From Felis catus (taxonomy: Eukaryota), in the NCBI RefSeq assembly GCF_018350175.1, contig NC_058369.1, forward strand, positions 22,446,001 through 22,510,000: a stretch of 64,000 nucleotides of DNA, given 5' to 3'. Positions 51,205-62,888 of the stretch are shown in pieces. The stretch's first letter is position 1. The number at the start of each line of letters is the position of its first letter. The position numbers and the translations under genes are program-made. The notes under the pieces were generated by a model. It made no database searches. It was not told where the DNA came from and was given only the letters and a program-made list of their open reading frames with translations.

Positions 51205-51367
51205 GGGGCGCCTGGGTGGCTCAGTCGGTTGAGCGTCTGACTCCGGCTCAGGTCGTGATCTCGCGGTCTGTGAGTTCAAGCCCTGCGTTGGGCTCTGTGC
51301 CGACAGAGGACAGAGCCTGAAGCCTGCTTCAGATTCACTGTCTCCCTCTCTCTCTGACCCTCCCCCA

Positions 51368-51421
<54 letters not shown>

Positions 51422-51480
51422 TGTGTGTGTGCGGGCTCCCCCTCTCTCTCTCTCTCTCAAAAATAAACATTAAAACAAAA
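51205..51480 (+). mobile_element. Carnivore SINE with internal (GT)n (unit A of composite)
   Basis: GGGGCGCCTGGG head; (GT)n at about 51370-51431; short A tail. Confidence 0.93.
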
Positions 51481-51548
51481 TGTTGACAATTTCCTGTTGT
51501 CTATTTCCTGTTTGCTTTACAAATTACAGATCAAAACAAAGACCTCTT

Positions 51549-51767
51549 GGGGCACCTGGGTGGCTCAGTCGGTTAAGTGTTGACTTAGGCTCAGGTCATT
51601 ATCTCCCGGTCCGTGAGTTCGAGCCCCGCTTCGGGCTCTGTGCTGACAGCTCAGAGCCTGGAGCCTGTTTCAGATTCTGTGTCTCCCTCTCTCTCTGCCC
51701 CTCCCCCGTTCATGCTCTGTCTCTCTCTGTCTCAAAAAAATAAATAAACATTAAAAAAAATTTTTTT
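51549..51767 (+). mobile_element. Felid SINE (unit B of composite)
   Basis: GGGGCACCTGGG head; tail with AATAAA and T7; followed by AAATGCCCCTGCCA, which also precedes unit A. Confidence 0.94.
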
Positions 51768-53146
51768 AAATGCCCCTGCCATTTTAGAGAGTAAATGGGT
51801 AATGCAAAATAAGAAGTTCAATTTGTTACTTTTGGGGGAAAAAAAGGAAGATGTGCATAGCTGAGCAAAGATTGAACAAAAAATGCAAATTTTATGTTTA
51901 AAGGTAATTAGTAAAAATGATACCATCTTACTTCCTGGAATGAAACCTTCTCAAATGAGTGTGATTGCAGGAAGGCTGGCTTTGGAATTTTAGTCCTATA
52001 ATAGAGCAAATAGGGCTCTCCAACCCATAAGGAGTACATGAACCATTTGGGAGGGGTATTTGGTAATTGTTACTTTTTTGGTAACTGTAGTTATGGAAAA
52101 AGAAAAACTCCATGAGTGTGTCATATTTTCACTTTTTTAATTTTATTTTTTAAATGGCAGTGGAAATCAAGGATAATTATGCATGCGGTTTGTATTTAAG
52201 TAAAGCATGTGAGTGGAAATATCACTTAATTTTCCTCTCAGAAATCAGTTTTCAATCTTGGTGTTAGAATGTGCCATTAAAAGTACCTCACGCTATGATA
52301 ATTAAGTATGTTACTCAGAGATGCTAAATGATATCTCCTGAGGGTCTCACCATTTGCAAGTGTCTCTGCTTTATATACTGGGGCTTGAAAATGAGCAAGA
52401 GTAACTATTTTATAAATTGAGGATTTAAAATAAAATTGGACATACTCATGCTCTCAAGATATTATATTCTAGTACATGACCAAGGAAAAATCCATAACTA
52501 TGGATATAGTACCTAAAGACTAGAAATGTTTACCTTTTCCAGTAGATTATGTGCGATGGGCTACTCTTTAGTTTTGTTTTGGCCATTGTATTTAAACAAA
52601 TTTAAAAGCCTCTTTTGTGACAGGGAGTATAAATGTAGATGGAAAACACACCTATTGCCTTTGACGTTTATGTGTAACAAGTAAAGTGGATTCATTGTAG
52701 GGAAGTCAGAAAGCGCTGAAGAACATTGGGGACCAAACTAAACCAACCCTAACACAGCTAAAACTCTAGTCATAATCCCGACCTAGGAGCAAGAATTTAA
52801 CATAGCACTTTTCTTGCTAGTCTTTCTTTCAGTGTGTGTGCGTGTGTGTGCGTGCACATGGGTGCTTAATTCAGTTGGGATCATGTGTAATTTCATTTTC
52901 TGCATCTTTTCATTTAATATCGGAATATTTGGGGGTAGTGGCGGTAAGGAATGTACCAGATCCCCTAACATTTTTCTCAGAATTATGCACTCTTCACCCG
53001 AATTCCAGAACAGTGTTCTGCTTGGGATAAAGGCAACAATCCTTACGCACAAGGAAGTATCTGGTGTGATGCTTTCAGAAGCAGGTGTGAGAGAACCTGG
53101 CTCAAACTGGCTTGAACGGCAAAGAAACTTACTGTCTCACATTTTA

Positions 53147-53375
53147 TTATTTTTTTTTTAATTTTTTTTTCAACATTTTTATTTATTTTTGGGACAGAGA
53201 GAGACAGAGCATGAACGGGGGAGGGGCAGAGAGAGAGGGAGACACAGAATGGGAAACAGGCTCCAGGCTCCGAGCCATCAGCCCAGAGCCCGACGCGGGG
53301 CTCGAACTCCCGGACCGCGAGATCGTGACCTGGCTGAAGTCGGACGCTTAACCGACTGCGCCACCCAGGCGCCCC
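53147..53375 (-). mobile_element. Young felid SINE (SINEC_Fc)
   Basis: CpG-intact body; TSD CTGTCTCACATTTTA at 53132 and 53378. Confidence 0.96.
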
Positions 53376-54326
53376 ATCTGTCTCACATTTTAAGAAGTCC
53401 AGGGGTAATTCAAGCTTCAGGGTTGCTTGATTAGTGACATACGAATATGGTCGAGGACCAAGGTTCTTCTCATCTGTCCTCTTTGCTGTCCACCCAGTTG
53501 GCTTCATCCCATGGTTGACAGTAGCAATTAGGTCAACAGGCTTCCTTATTTATGCCCAGAGGGAGAGAAAGGCCTCTCCCTGTCATGGGATGATATTCTC
53601 CCCATCCTTTGGGGGTCTGATTGGTCCGATTCAGGTTACATTTTTACTCTGGCCCCACGGCAGTGCCTAAATCTGGGATCTGGGAGGATTGAGTTAGACC
53701 TGTTGGAACCCATCCCTGGAGCTGAGGGTGGTGTCCTCTCCTCCTGCATTACATAAGCTGTATGCAGTAGGTTGAATACCTAAACAAAATTGGAATTCTA
53801 TTGAGAAAGTTGGGTTAGATGCTGGATAGGCATCCAACATTGTTCAGCAAAAGGGCCCCTTTACAGTGTTATTCCTGCGTACTCAAACCTTCTAATCTCA
53901 CTTTGTGCTATGTTTTCCCACCTCTTTGTTGATTCCAATTTCTGTTAAGGTGGTCATAGTCTCCACCTCAGGGCCTTGGCACAAGCTGTCTTTCTTCTTG
54001 GGATGCTCTTCCTCCTCTCCTATTTTTTTTTTTTTTTCATTAAATCCTACTTACCCTCCAAGTGTCAGCTCAGTTCTTACTTACTTCTACTAAGTGAAAT
54101 CCCTTCTTTCCTTTCTAGCACATGCTATTGTCAGTCTTTAGTGAATAGGATCTTTTTTTGATTAACATGTGTTCCCCCCCTCCCCCCCCCAACTAACTCT
54201 GGACTCCCTCTGGGCAGAGATTACTTCATCATTATTTTTATTTTCTGGGCCTCCCAGTGCTTGAAATGTGTAAGGTGCTAAATAAATAATTTCTAAATAA
54301 AAAAAGAGTGATTGAAGCTCATTTTA

Positions 54327-54532
54327 CTTTTTTTTAATGTTTATTTATTTATTTGAGAGAGGGAGAGAGCAAGCACGAGTGGGGGAGGGGCAGAGGGAGA
54401 GGGAACCCCCAAGCGGGCTCTGCGCTATCAGCGAAGCGTCCAACGTGGGGCTTGATCTCACGAACTGTAAGATCATGACCTGAGCTGAAATCGAGAGTCG
54501 GAAGCTTAACAACGGAGCCCCCCATGTGTCCC
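54327..54532 (-). mobile_element. Carnivore SINE
   Basis: Antisense body; TSD TGAAGCTCATTTTA at 54313 and 54533. Confidence 0.95.
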
Positions 54533-55036
54533 TGAAGCTCATTTTAAACAGAGGTTAGGTGTCAGTGTATCAGCATGAAACATAATCTTCAAAATGTAAC
54601 ATAAGTGTTTATCCTGTTTATTTCAAGTATTTTCTTGCAGACTAATAGAGAGGATGTTTTCCAGTTGGCACCACTGGAGGTGCTCAGCATGTGCAGGCAG
54701 GGGAAGGAGAGGATGTAGGAAGTGCTGGCAACACCATGTGGTTAAGTGAAACTTACCGCACTGTTATGGCCGCTCTCACGGGGACAAAAGATAACCCCAC
54801 CCACCCCCTTTTCTCTTTCTTACTTTGTCACCTGATGAAGGTAGATCTTCTCTCTCTGTCTAATCTAAATCTAATCTTTCTCTCTAATCTGAATCAAAAA
54901 CCATGGATATAGATTTTGATGAGAAATGAGAATATAGTCAAGATACAGGATTTCTTGTGGGTACTACTTTTTCTGTTTCATTGAATGCAAAAGTACAGGT
55001 GTTGGGTTAAGAAATGAAAGAGTTTATATGCTTTGA

Positions 55037-55235
55037 GGGGCACCTGGGTGGCTCAGTCGGTTAAGCATCTGACTTCCCCTTAGGTCAGGATCTCATGGTT
55101 TGTGAGTTTGAGCCCCACGTCAGGCCCTGTGCTGACAGTGTGGAGCCTGCTTTGGATTCTCTGTCTCCCTGTCTCTGCCCCTCCCCTGCTTGCACTCTCT
55201 CTCTCTCTCTCAAAAATAAATAAACATTTAAAATA
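55037..55235 (+). mobile_element. Carnivore SINE
   Basis: Full body; degenerate TSD AAAG(A/G)GTTTAT..CTTTGA. Confidence 0.93.
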
Positions 55236-56329
55236 AAGGGTTTATTAACTTTGAACCTTTAATATATGTGAAGAGTATTGTTTATTAAAATACTAGCAAC
55301 TCACTGGGTTTCAAAGAATTAATATCAAACTTCTATCAATAAAAAAAATACTAATACAAATGGTCATGGGGATAATATATAGAAGAAATTCATTTTGTAT
55401 AGAAAAGCCATTCATCAATATTTTCCTATATACTTAAATAGTCTTTGTATTATTTTAATGTCTGCCTACTATCTCATGTCTGGACATACCATATCAAACG
55501 TCGTTAGGACATTTCATTTCCCTCCCCCATCACTAACTATAATAAGAAATGCTCAGGTGACCATCTCACACAGAAATCTCAGCATAGGTCCACATTCCAG
55601 GTTTCGTTCTCCAGATTCCCAGAAATAGCATTACTGGGATCTCCACTTTTAACGTCCACTTTGAAAGCCTTCTGTGGATCCAATATTCTACAAGTGTGCT
55701 GGCTTACCGCAGTCCTTGAAGCAGAGGAGATGAGGTGTCTCGCTCAGGATATGGCACTGACTCAATGGCGATCCTCTGTACATGTGCCAGAGGCGGGGGC
55801 ATCGGGACCTACCCGGATATGTGGATTGTCAGAGAGATGGCTGCGTTCAGAAAGACAAGGGGAAATTTCTCGCCCAGACTCAAGTCTGTGAGAACCCTGA
55901 GGGAAACCCAGGTGAAGTCTGCGTTGGCAGCTCATTGGACGTGGAAATGTTGGACGTGGAATGTGATCAATCAGCAAGCCACGAGGGAGGAAGTATAAAT
56001 AAAACATGTCCCTTGCAAAGAGGGCAAAGCTGCAATTTGCCAAGTGCATTGTAATTGCTTCTGGTTAATTATCTCCGTGGTGAGCTGGGAGCAGCAAAGG
56101 CACACATTTACATCCACATCGTGGATAAAAATAATGCCACTCCTTGGATAATTCTGATTTTGTCGTTGAGATGTGGACAGTGCGTACCCAGTTCCATAGG
56201 ACAGTGAGAGAGGGGGGCTTCATACAGCTCCACTTTCTGGGCTGTCAATTTTTATCATCGCTGTAATTACTTGTGATCATTTTAGTGATATAATTATCAA
56301 TAGTAAGCACTGATAATTACAATAAGACT

Positions 56330-56485
56330 TACTAAATTGTAGTTGCTGGGCTGTACACTTCATAGGCATTAGCTCACTAAATGTTCCCAACAACCCTAGG
56401 AGGGAGGATTGTTTTCTTAATTTTCAGACGTGGGAACTGAGGCTTAGAGAGGCTAAGTGACTTGCTTAAGGTCACAGAGCTGACA
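56330..56485 (-). mobile_element. MIR fragment
   Basis: CCCAACAACCCTAGGAGG..GGAACTGAGGCTTAGAGAGGCTAAGTGACTTGCTTAAGGTCACAGAGC. Confidence 0.8.
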
Positions 56486-56535
56486 TTAAATCACAGCTGT
56501 TAATGCTGGGATCCAGAGAATTTTCTCACAACCAC

Positions 56536-56991
56536 TGTAGCAGACATCTCGGTGCCCCACCTAGATCTCCGGAGACCCTTTGACCCATCCCCCCATGCTA
56601 GAGTTGTTGCTGTTAACAGCTCACGCCTGAAACCCTATGGGGAGTATTGCCCTTCGAGACTACAGCCACTTTGCCTGGAAGTACCTGGCAGTAACAACGC
56701 CCAGCCTGGAACAGCCTATAGCTGATAAATAGCTGGAGCAGAACATAAAAGACCAGCAACCTTGTTTTAGGGTGGTGCAAGTTCCATGATACAGTGTTGC
56801 CCTAGAGCTCTCTGCAGAATCAGGCTGTGGCTAGACATAACTATCACCTGAACTACATTCTTGCTTGACTTCTCCTTCCTATCCTACTTCTCTCCCTACC
56901 ATGCAGCTTCTCCTGAGATCATTCCCTTAATAAATGCCTTTTAAACAAATCCCTCTCAGGTTTTTGCTTCTAGGGAACCTGACCAGAGACA
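56536..56991 (+). mobile_element. ERVL solo LTR (LTR16-like)
   Basis: TGTAG...GAGACA termini, AATAAA near 56928, GCTTCTAGGGAACCTGAC end; perfect 5-bp TSD ACCAC at 56531 and 56992. Confidence 0.8.
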
Positions 56992-57979
56992 ACCACTATG
57001 CTAAGTGTACTGATTGGCTGAATGAATTCTTCCCAGGGAAGCAGTATCACCATGCCTTGTCCGCATGACCCTGTGTAAGTCCCTTATATCATAGGGCCTC
57101 ATGTCCCTTCTCTGAAAGGTGAGCTGAATAGACTGGATGGTTGCCAGAGCCTCGTCTAATCCTGAGAGCCACCAATATTTCCACCTTCTAAAAATTCATT
57201 TGTTTGTAGGTAGCTGTATGGCTCTGCCCACGGAGGGACATTTGGTTTGGCAGTTTGCCCCTGGTGGGATGACTCCCAGAGAGCATGAGCTTACATTTCT
57301 CTGTCTCTCTCCATCCCCACCGCAGGGGACTCCTGAAGAGAGTGGAGCTCACTCCGTCTTTGTGTGCATGACCCTGAAGGCTGAATTATTCCATTAAAAC
57401 TGAAATGTCTTTAGGAGGAAATGTATTCCTAAGGTTAGGCAACAAGGTCAGCATCCCCCAGGACAGGCAAGTTACTGACTGGGGTGGGGGCAGGTTCAAA
57501 CATTCCATGCCTGGAACGGGTAACATGAGCACAGTGGATGGATCAGTGGATTCATCAAGATGGAGGTCATGGGTTACTTTGACAAGAGTAGATTCAGTGG
57601 ATGACTTAAATAGAGAACCACAGGAGGTAAGGAAGCAGAATAGGTCAGATAGGAGGGGGACAGGACACCCATGGAAGAAGGAAGGCAGTGTACATGGTCC
57701 AGCTCACAAGGTTGGTGGACCAGAAGTGGGAATGACAGGGTCCCACTTTTCTCAATGCTCTTCTGAACAGTCATAAGTTGAGGGTGAGAAAAGGTAGAAA
57801 CTGGGAAAGGACTTAGCAAGATTTGCTTCGTTGTGGCCTCAAATGTCCAACTGGGGTTGACATTGGTATATGTCAAGGTTGAGTGGTATATGGACTCTTG
57901 ATGAGTATCTGGGTGTATGTTGGGGGGGGCGGGTGTGTGTTCAGAACTGGAAACACAGCTCAGGTATTAGTTATATGCT

Positions 57980-58115
57980 GATGCTTCCCAGTCTACCTGT
58001 AACCCCAACACATCTCCTAAGACCAGAGGTGTATATTCTAGTACCTTTTGGATGCCTCCACATCTTACAGGCATCCCAGACTCAAAATCTCCAAAATTGA
58101 ACTCATTTCCCCCTT
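57980..58115 (+). mobile_element. L2 internal fragment
   Basis: CAGGCATCCCAGACTCAAAATCTCCAAAATTGAACTCAT. Confidence 0.6.
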
Positions 58116-58239
58116 AAAACCCAGTATAAAAAAATAAATAGAAAGGAGAAGTTCTGAACACAGTCTCAAGGGTTAGGAAGCAGATTTCCTAGGTAAATTG
58201 CTAGGCACTGCAAAGAAATAGAGTTGTGTAGTTAAAGTG

Positions 58240-58965
58240 AGACCTGTTTACATGGTGTATTCCCCTATAGCCAAATTCAGCAGCTCAGGTGCAGAGCTGG
58301 GTGGTTTGGGTTTAACTAGGATTGGGCTTTTGCTGAAGTGTTTTGATAAATGGGGTAGAGAGGTAAAAAGTTGGTAATAGAGTGAATTAGCATAGTGACG
58401 GGCTATGGTATCTAAGCAGGGAAGTAAAGGCGGAAAGGACATGATGAATAATAGAAAGCAAAAAGGTTAATGGACTTCAGCTCCTGTTAGATTCAAAGAA
58501 TGTGGTATCATTTAATAAGTGCACTGGAGACTCAAGAAGTGGTGTTCAGCAAGTAGGATGGATGCAGCTGACATAGAGGGGGTGCTGATGTTGGAAATGA
58601 TAAGGCCTAGGGTGTGCTGAAAGATGGTGACTGAGGTGGGGTGGAGGAAAAAGTTGGTGAAAGTAAAGATCAAGGGACAGTGCAAGGGTGCTCGAGGATC
58701 ATCTATATAGGTGTTGAAGTCCCTGAGGATGATGAATAGAGCAGAGGTGGAGAGGAAGACAGTGAGCAAGGTAATAAAATCTCTAATGAAGAGTCATAAT
58801 TGTCTAAAAAAGTCAAAAGATTCTTAAAAAAAGGTGTCTAAAAAGGGAGGGAGAGGATGGTCTAGGATTCACAGGAGTTGCGATTTTGGAGAGAGAAAGG
58901 AGGGGAAGTGGTCTGGATGTGACAATGAGGAACAAAGAAGATAGTGGCCCCACCTTTGGGAAATA
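58240..58965 (-). mobile_element. L2 LINE ORF2 endonuclease-region relic
   Basis: Minus-strand translation IILRDFNTYIDDP..LHPTSVT..HTLGLII..LAEHHFL matches APE motifs GDFN, HTLDL and SDH of L2. Confidence 0.8.
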
Positions 58966-59131
58966 AAGCAGGTCCCACCTGAGAGACCTGAGGAAAGATG
59001 TGCTTCCAGAAGCAGACAGTGCTCATAGATTCCCTTAGCTCCCAGTGCACTCAGCGCCATCAGCAGGGAAAGAGCAGTCAAACAGGGTGCCATGCTACAA
59101 GATTTCTACCAGAAAATCACTTGTCAGGCTG

Positions 59132-59483
59132 TTGTGGAAATGGAAGACTGATTCTCTGCATCAATTCTGATCTCTTTGAAGTCTGCCTTCCTGTACTGCA
59201 GAGGCTGGAAAGGTGAAGATGGAATTTCCCAGACTCCCTTGCGGCTAGGTTTCCCGATGCGCTCCAACTTCAGCCAAGCACACATGCTCAGGGGAAATCC
59301 GGAAGGTAGAAATGAGGTAGAGGCCATGTTTCCACAGCATCTGATGACGGCAACGGTGATGGAGCTGGGGAGGGTCAAGTCTCGAATGATACTGTAAACC
59401 ATCTGATACCTTGAAATAAATCCTTCTTTCTTATGATGGCTAGAGAATACCCTATATTCTACAACTGAACTCTGATGGGGATA
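59132..59483 (+). mobile_element. ERVL LTR (LTR33-like)
   Basis: TGTACTGCAGAGGCTGGAAAG..ATTTCCCAGACTCCCTTGCGGCTAGG..AATAAATCC. Confidence 0.6.
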
Positions 59484-62468
59484 TGGGCCCCAGTGAGACA
59501 GTGGAAATGAAGATTTCCCTATAAACATGAAGTAGTTCCCACAAGATAAACCACTGGGAATAAGGGAATAAGAACTTTCCAAGAGCAGGTCTTCTTTAGA
59601 ACCCACTGTGTGCCAGGCATCATTTTGAGACCTCACGTAGCCCTGCAGAGCGACATGATCATCCTGTTGTAGAAATGAGGAAATTACACCAGAAAGAAGC
59701 TGCATCTTTGTTAAGATCACAGAGCTGGGAAGGAGCAGAACTGGGTTTGTTACATTGTCATTATACCATGCTGCCTCATTTGGTAGAGACTTCCCTATCC
59801 CAGATACAAGTACCTGAAAAAGTTCCAGTGTACAGAAAAGTGATTTTTGTGATAAGAACTATCTCTGGCGGGGGGGGGGGGGGGGCGTTCTTACCTCTCT
59901 TAAAAACTTTAGTAAACTGGAGTAACTTTATTATATGAAAGGCTAGACATGCTTCTTTATCACCATCCTACTAACTCACAAAGAATCCTAAATGGTAAGG
60001 ATTTGAAGATGAGATAAGAAGGGCTGTTGGAATCCTGAGCTCCCAAGAAAAGGGATGAAAAGAGAGGATTGTTTTAGTAAAAGAAAGAAGGGCCCAGGAG
60101 CCATCCAAGGTGCTGACCTCGGCTCTGTGGGAGGGGTGGTGTGACAGATGCTCAGTTAAGATTTAAGCCCAAGGCAGAAGAAGAACAAAGAGTTGTGGGC
60201 TAAGTGAAGAAGTGAGAGATGGCAGGGGAAAAGAGCCAGCACCCCTAGGAAGATGCTCTGCACAAGAGGCCACCACCCCAGCTGGGGAGCAAGGAGAGTC
60301 CCACAGCGGGTGGGGTCCACTGCAGAGCCGAGGGAAGGGGAGGAGAGGAGCCAATGGAGAACAGCCCATCAGAACGGAAAGCAAAATAATGAAGCAGAGG
60401 AGAGAATGACCAAGAAAGACACTTGAGATGTGGTGAAGCTATAATTGGTCCTTTTCAGCATTTTTCTGTCAGAGAAAAATGGGACTCTGACTGGTCTGGT
60501 TCAGCTATCCTGGACCTGATTGTCATTCCCTTAATCCTAAACACAGCCTCCTAGGGCCGCATGCCTTCCTTGAAGGCAACACTTCCATGTCACAGCTCTT
60601 GATTTTCTGATTCGTTAGCTGCTAATAGCACAGAGGCATGGACCCAGGATATATTAGGCTGGACCAGGCCTGCCCTTTTGGGAGAATTACCCAACTTCTC
60701 TGAACCTGTTTCCCATCAGTCAAATGAGAAAGATAATCATACACGTTGTATAGTTTAAATGAGAGAGTGTGTGAGAAGGGCCCAGCAGAGGACTTGGTAG
60801 ACAGGAAGTTCTCAATCAATGCTTTTGTTGTCATTATTTAGCGCCCTCTACTTTCTCTCTACACTCGTAGCTGGTGAGATAGAAAATATTAAGATTAAAG
60901 GACCTGGATTATTACTTGGTTCTACACTTACTTGCTATGTGATTTGGGAAAGTCTCCAGATCGCTTTTGGCCTCAATTTTCTTATCTCTGGAAGAGCACA
61001 GATGAAAAAGTTGAAATGAATGAGGTCTGTCCTTGACAGGGTCTTGTAATTTATATTCCCACAGAAATACTCTCGGAAAGTCAGAGTTAGTTCTTCCCTT
61101 CTGCACAGGTGGAGGTGGTCTTCATCTTGGGCTCTGCACCGAGCTAGTGTGACTCTACAAATCATTCCACCAGGCCTTCTTTGTGCCAGACACGGGGTCA
61201 GATGCTGAGGGTAGGAGTGGGCAAGCCAAGTCACTGCCCTTGACGTACTCACATCTAGTGGAAGAAGTAGGAAGAAATACAAGGCTGATTCCAACCCACG
61301 GTGGCGTGGGCAATGATGGCCGATGCACAACATAGAGACTGCAGAAGATGGATAGATGTGCTTGTTGCAGGGGTGGGAGAGGGCTTCTCGGAGAACATGA
61401 GAAAGAGCCCTTTCACTGTTTGTAACACTAATAAATGTTCAGTAGGAAAAATATAGAACAAATAGAAAAGCAAACAGAGGGGGAAAAAATCCCGTTTGGG
61501 CACATGTATGTGCTTCCTGTTCGATGTATGGTGTGTGGGGGGACATATCCAAACCTGAGATTGAAGTTCACATAGTATGTTGTCACTTGCTCCTCAATTT
61601 TAGAAAAATGCCCTAAAAATGAATAGGAGTTGGTTTAAAGGCAAGCAGGAAAGGGAGGAAAGGGGGCGGTAGTCTTCCAAGCAGCAGGGACAGCATGGGA
61701 GGTAGTAGCAGCAGCTTTGTACTTGAAAGTTGGTGCATTTCTTTCCCACATACCGCACAGTAGTGATGGGAAAGGACACATTTATCTCCATGTGTCTGAG
61801 TTTCTGGGTATAGGGCATCGAGGACCAGGAACTGGTTCTCTATGTACTCAGCACTAGAGAAGAACTCAGTGCAGAAACCAAATAAGCCAGAACCTTCAAG
61901 TGGCTCCGTAGCCCTTTCCAAGCAGGATGAGATGAAAGAGTTCAGCGGAGCAAAGGATGCGTGGCACTCCAAGGCCTGCCATGGCCACATCATGTTGTGA
62001 GGAAAGAGGGCCCAAGAGGCTCCCTCTGCTTCAGGTCATTAGACTCAGGCTATGGGTGTCCCTGGGAACTCTGCAATTTCAGGCACAACCATTTGGACAG
62101 GGGGTATGGCCTGAGCTGTGGCCATCCAGATGTGGGCTGGGCCTAAGGGAGACCAGCTCAGCCCCGATGTGTCTTGATGCAAAACTCTCCAAAAGACGTG
62201 TTCCAAAATGTTAGGTGTTCAGCGTTGGGTCACAAGGGCTTGGGCTGTCTCCACAACCATGACAAGCTGATCATTCCAGTTCTCCAAAGGGCTGAATATC
62301 CATTCTGCTCCTAAAAACCCCAGTGAGCCTGTGGCTGATGAGCGAATGTCTGGGGCTACCTCACGTCCTATCGCATCATTACTCTGAATCCCTGCTCCTA
62401 GGATAATCCATGTCTGATTCTTCCTTGAAATCTGAACGACTCGATTACAGTTGCCTTTCCTGACCTGT

Positions 62469-62888
62469 TAGTGATGGGCTGGGCTGGCTCATGCCAGCTT
62501 GTAAGATCTGATTATTAGATTTTTGGAAACTCTATGAGGAAGTCACTAAGCACAGCCATTATTAAACATTAAATTATATATATTTGCAATTACATAATAC
62601 GAAAAAGAAAGGTAATAAATATCAAACCTCGTTTCTACCCAGGTATTTTATACATTTTACTCTTATCTATGCCCTTGAGTCTGTTTATATCTATTTATAT
62701 TTATATTTTACCTATATAATGGTGCGCTGTGGCACGCCTCTTTCCGATTTCACGTTCAGTGACCTCATGTTGGTAGCTTGAAATCAGGCATGGGCGGGAG
62801 TATTCACACCTCAGAAATCAGCAAATGTTACAAATCATGGCTTTCCCCCTTGAGAGCTGGTAGTTAAACATTTACCAGCACACCACTG
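62469..62888 (+). mobile_element. hAT-Blackjack MITE (MER63-like)
   Basis: Terminal inverted repeats (T)AGTGATGGGCTGG / CCAGCACACCACTG; internal CATGTTGGTAGCTTGAAATC and TTAAACATTTACCAGCAC. Confidence 0.85.

Noticed and set aside
59124..59720. Longest ORF in the track (198 aa, minus strand)
   Set aside because: Spans MIR-like and LTR33-like repeats; no domain similarity apparent
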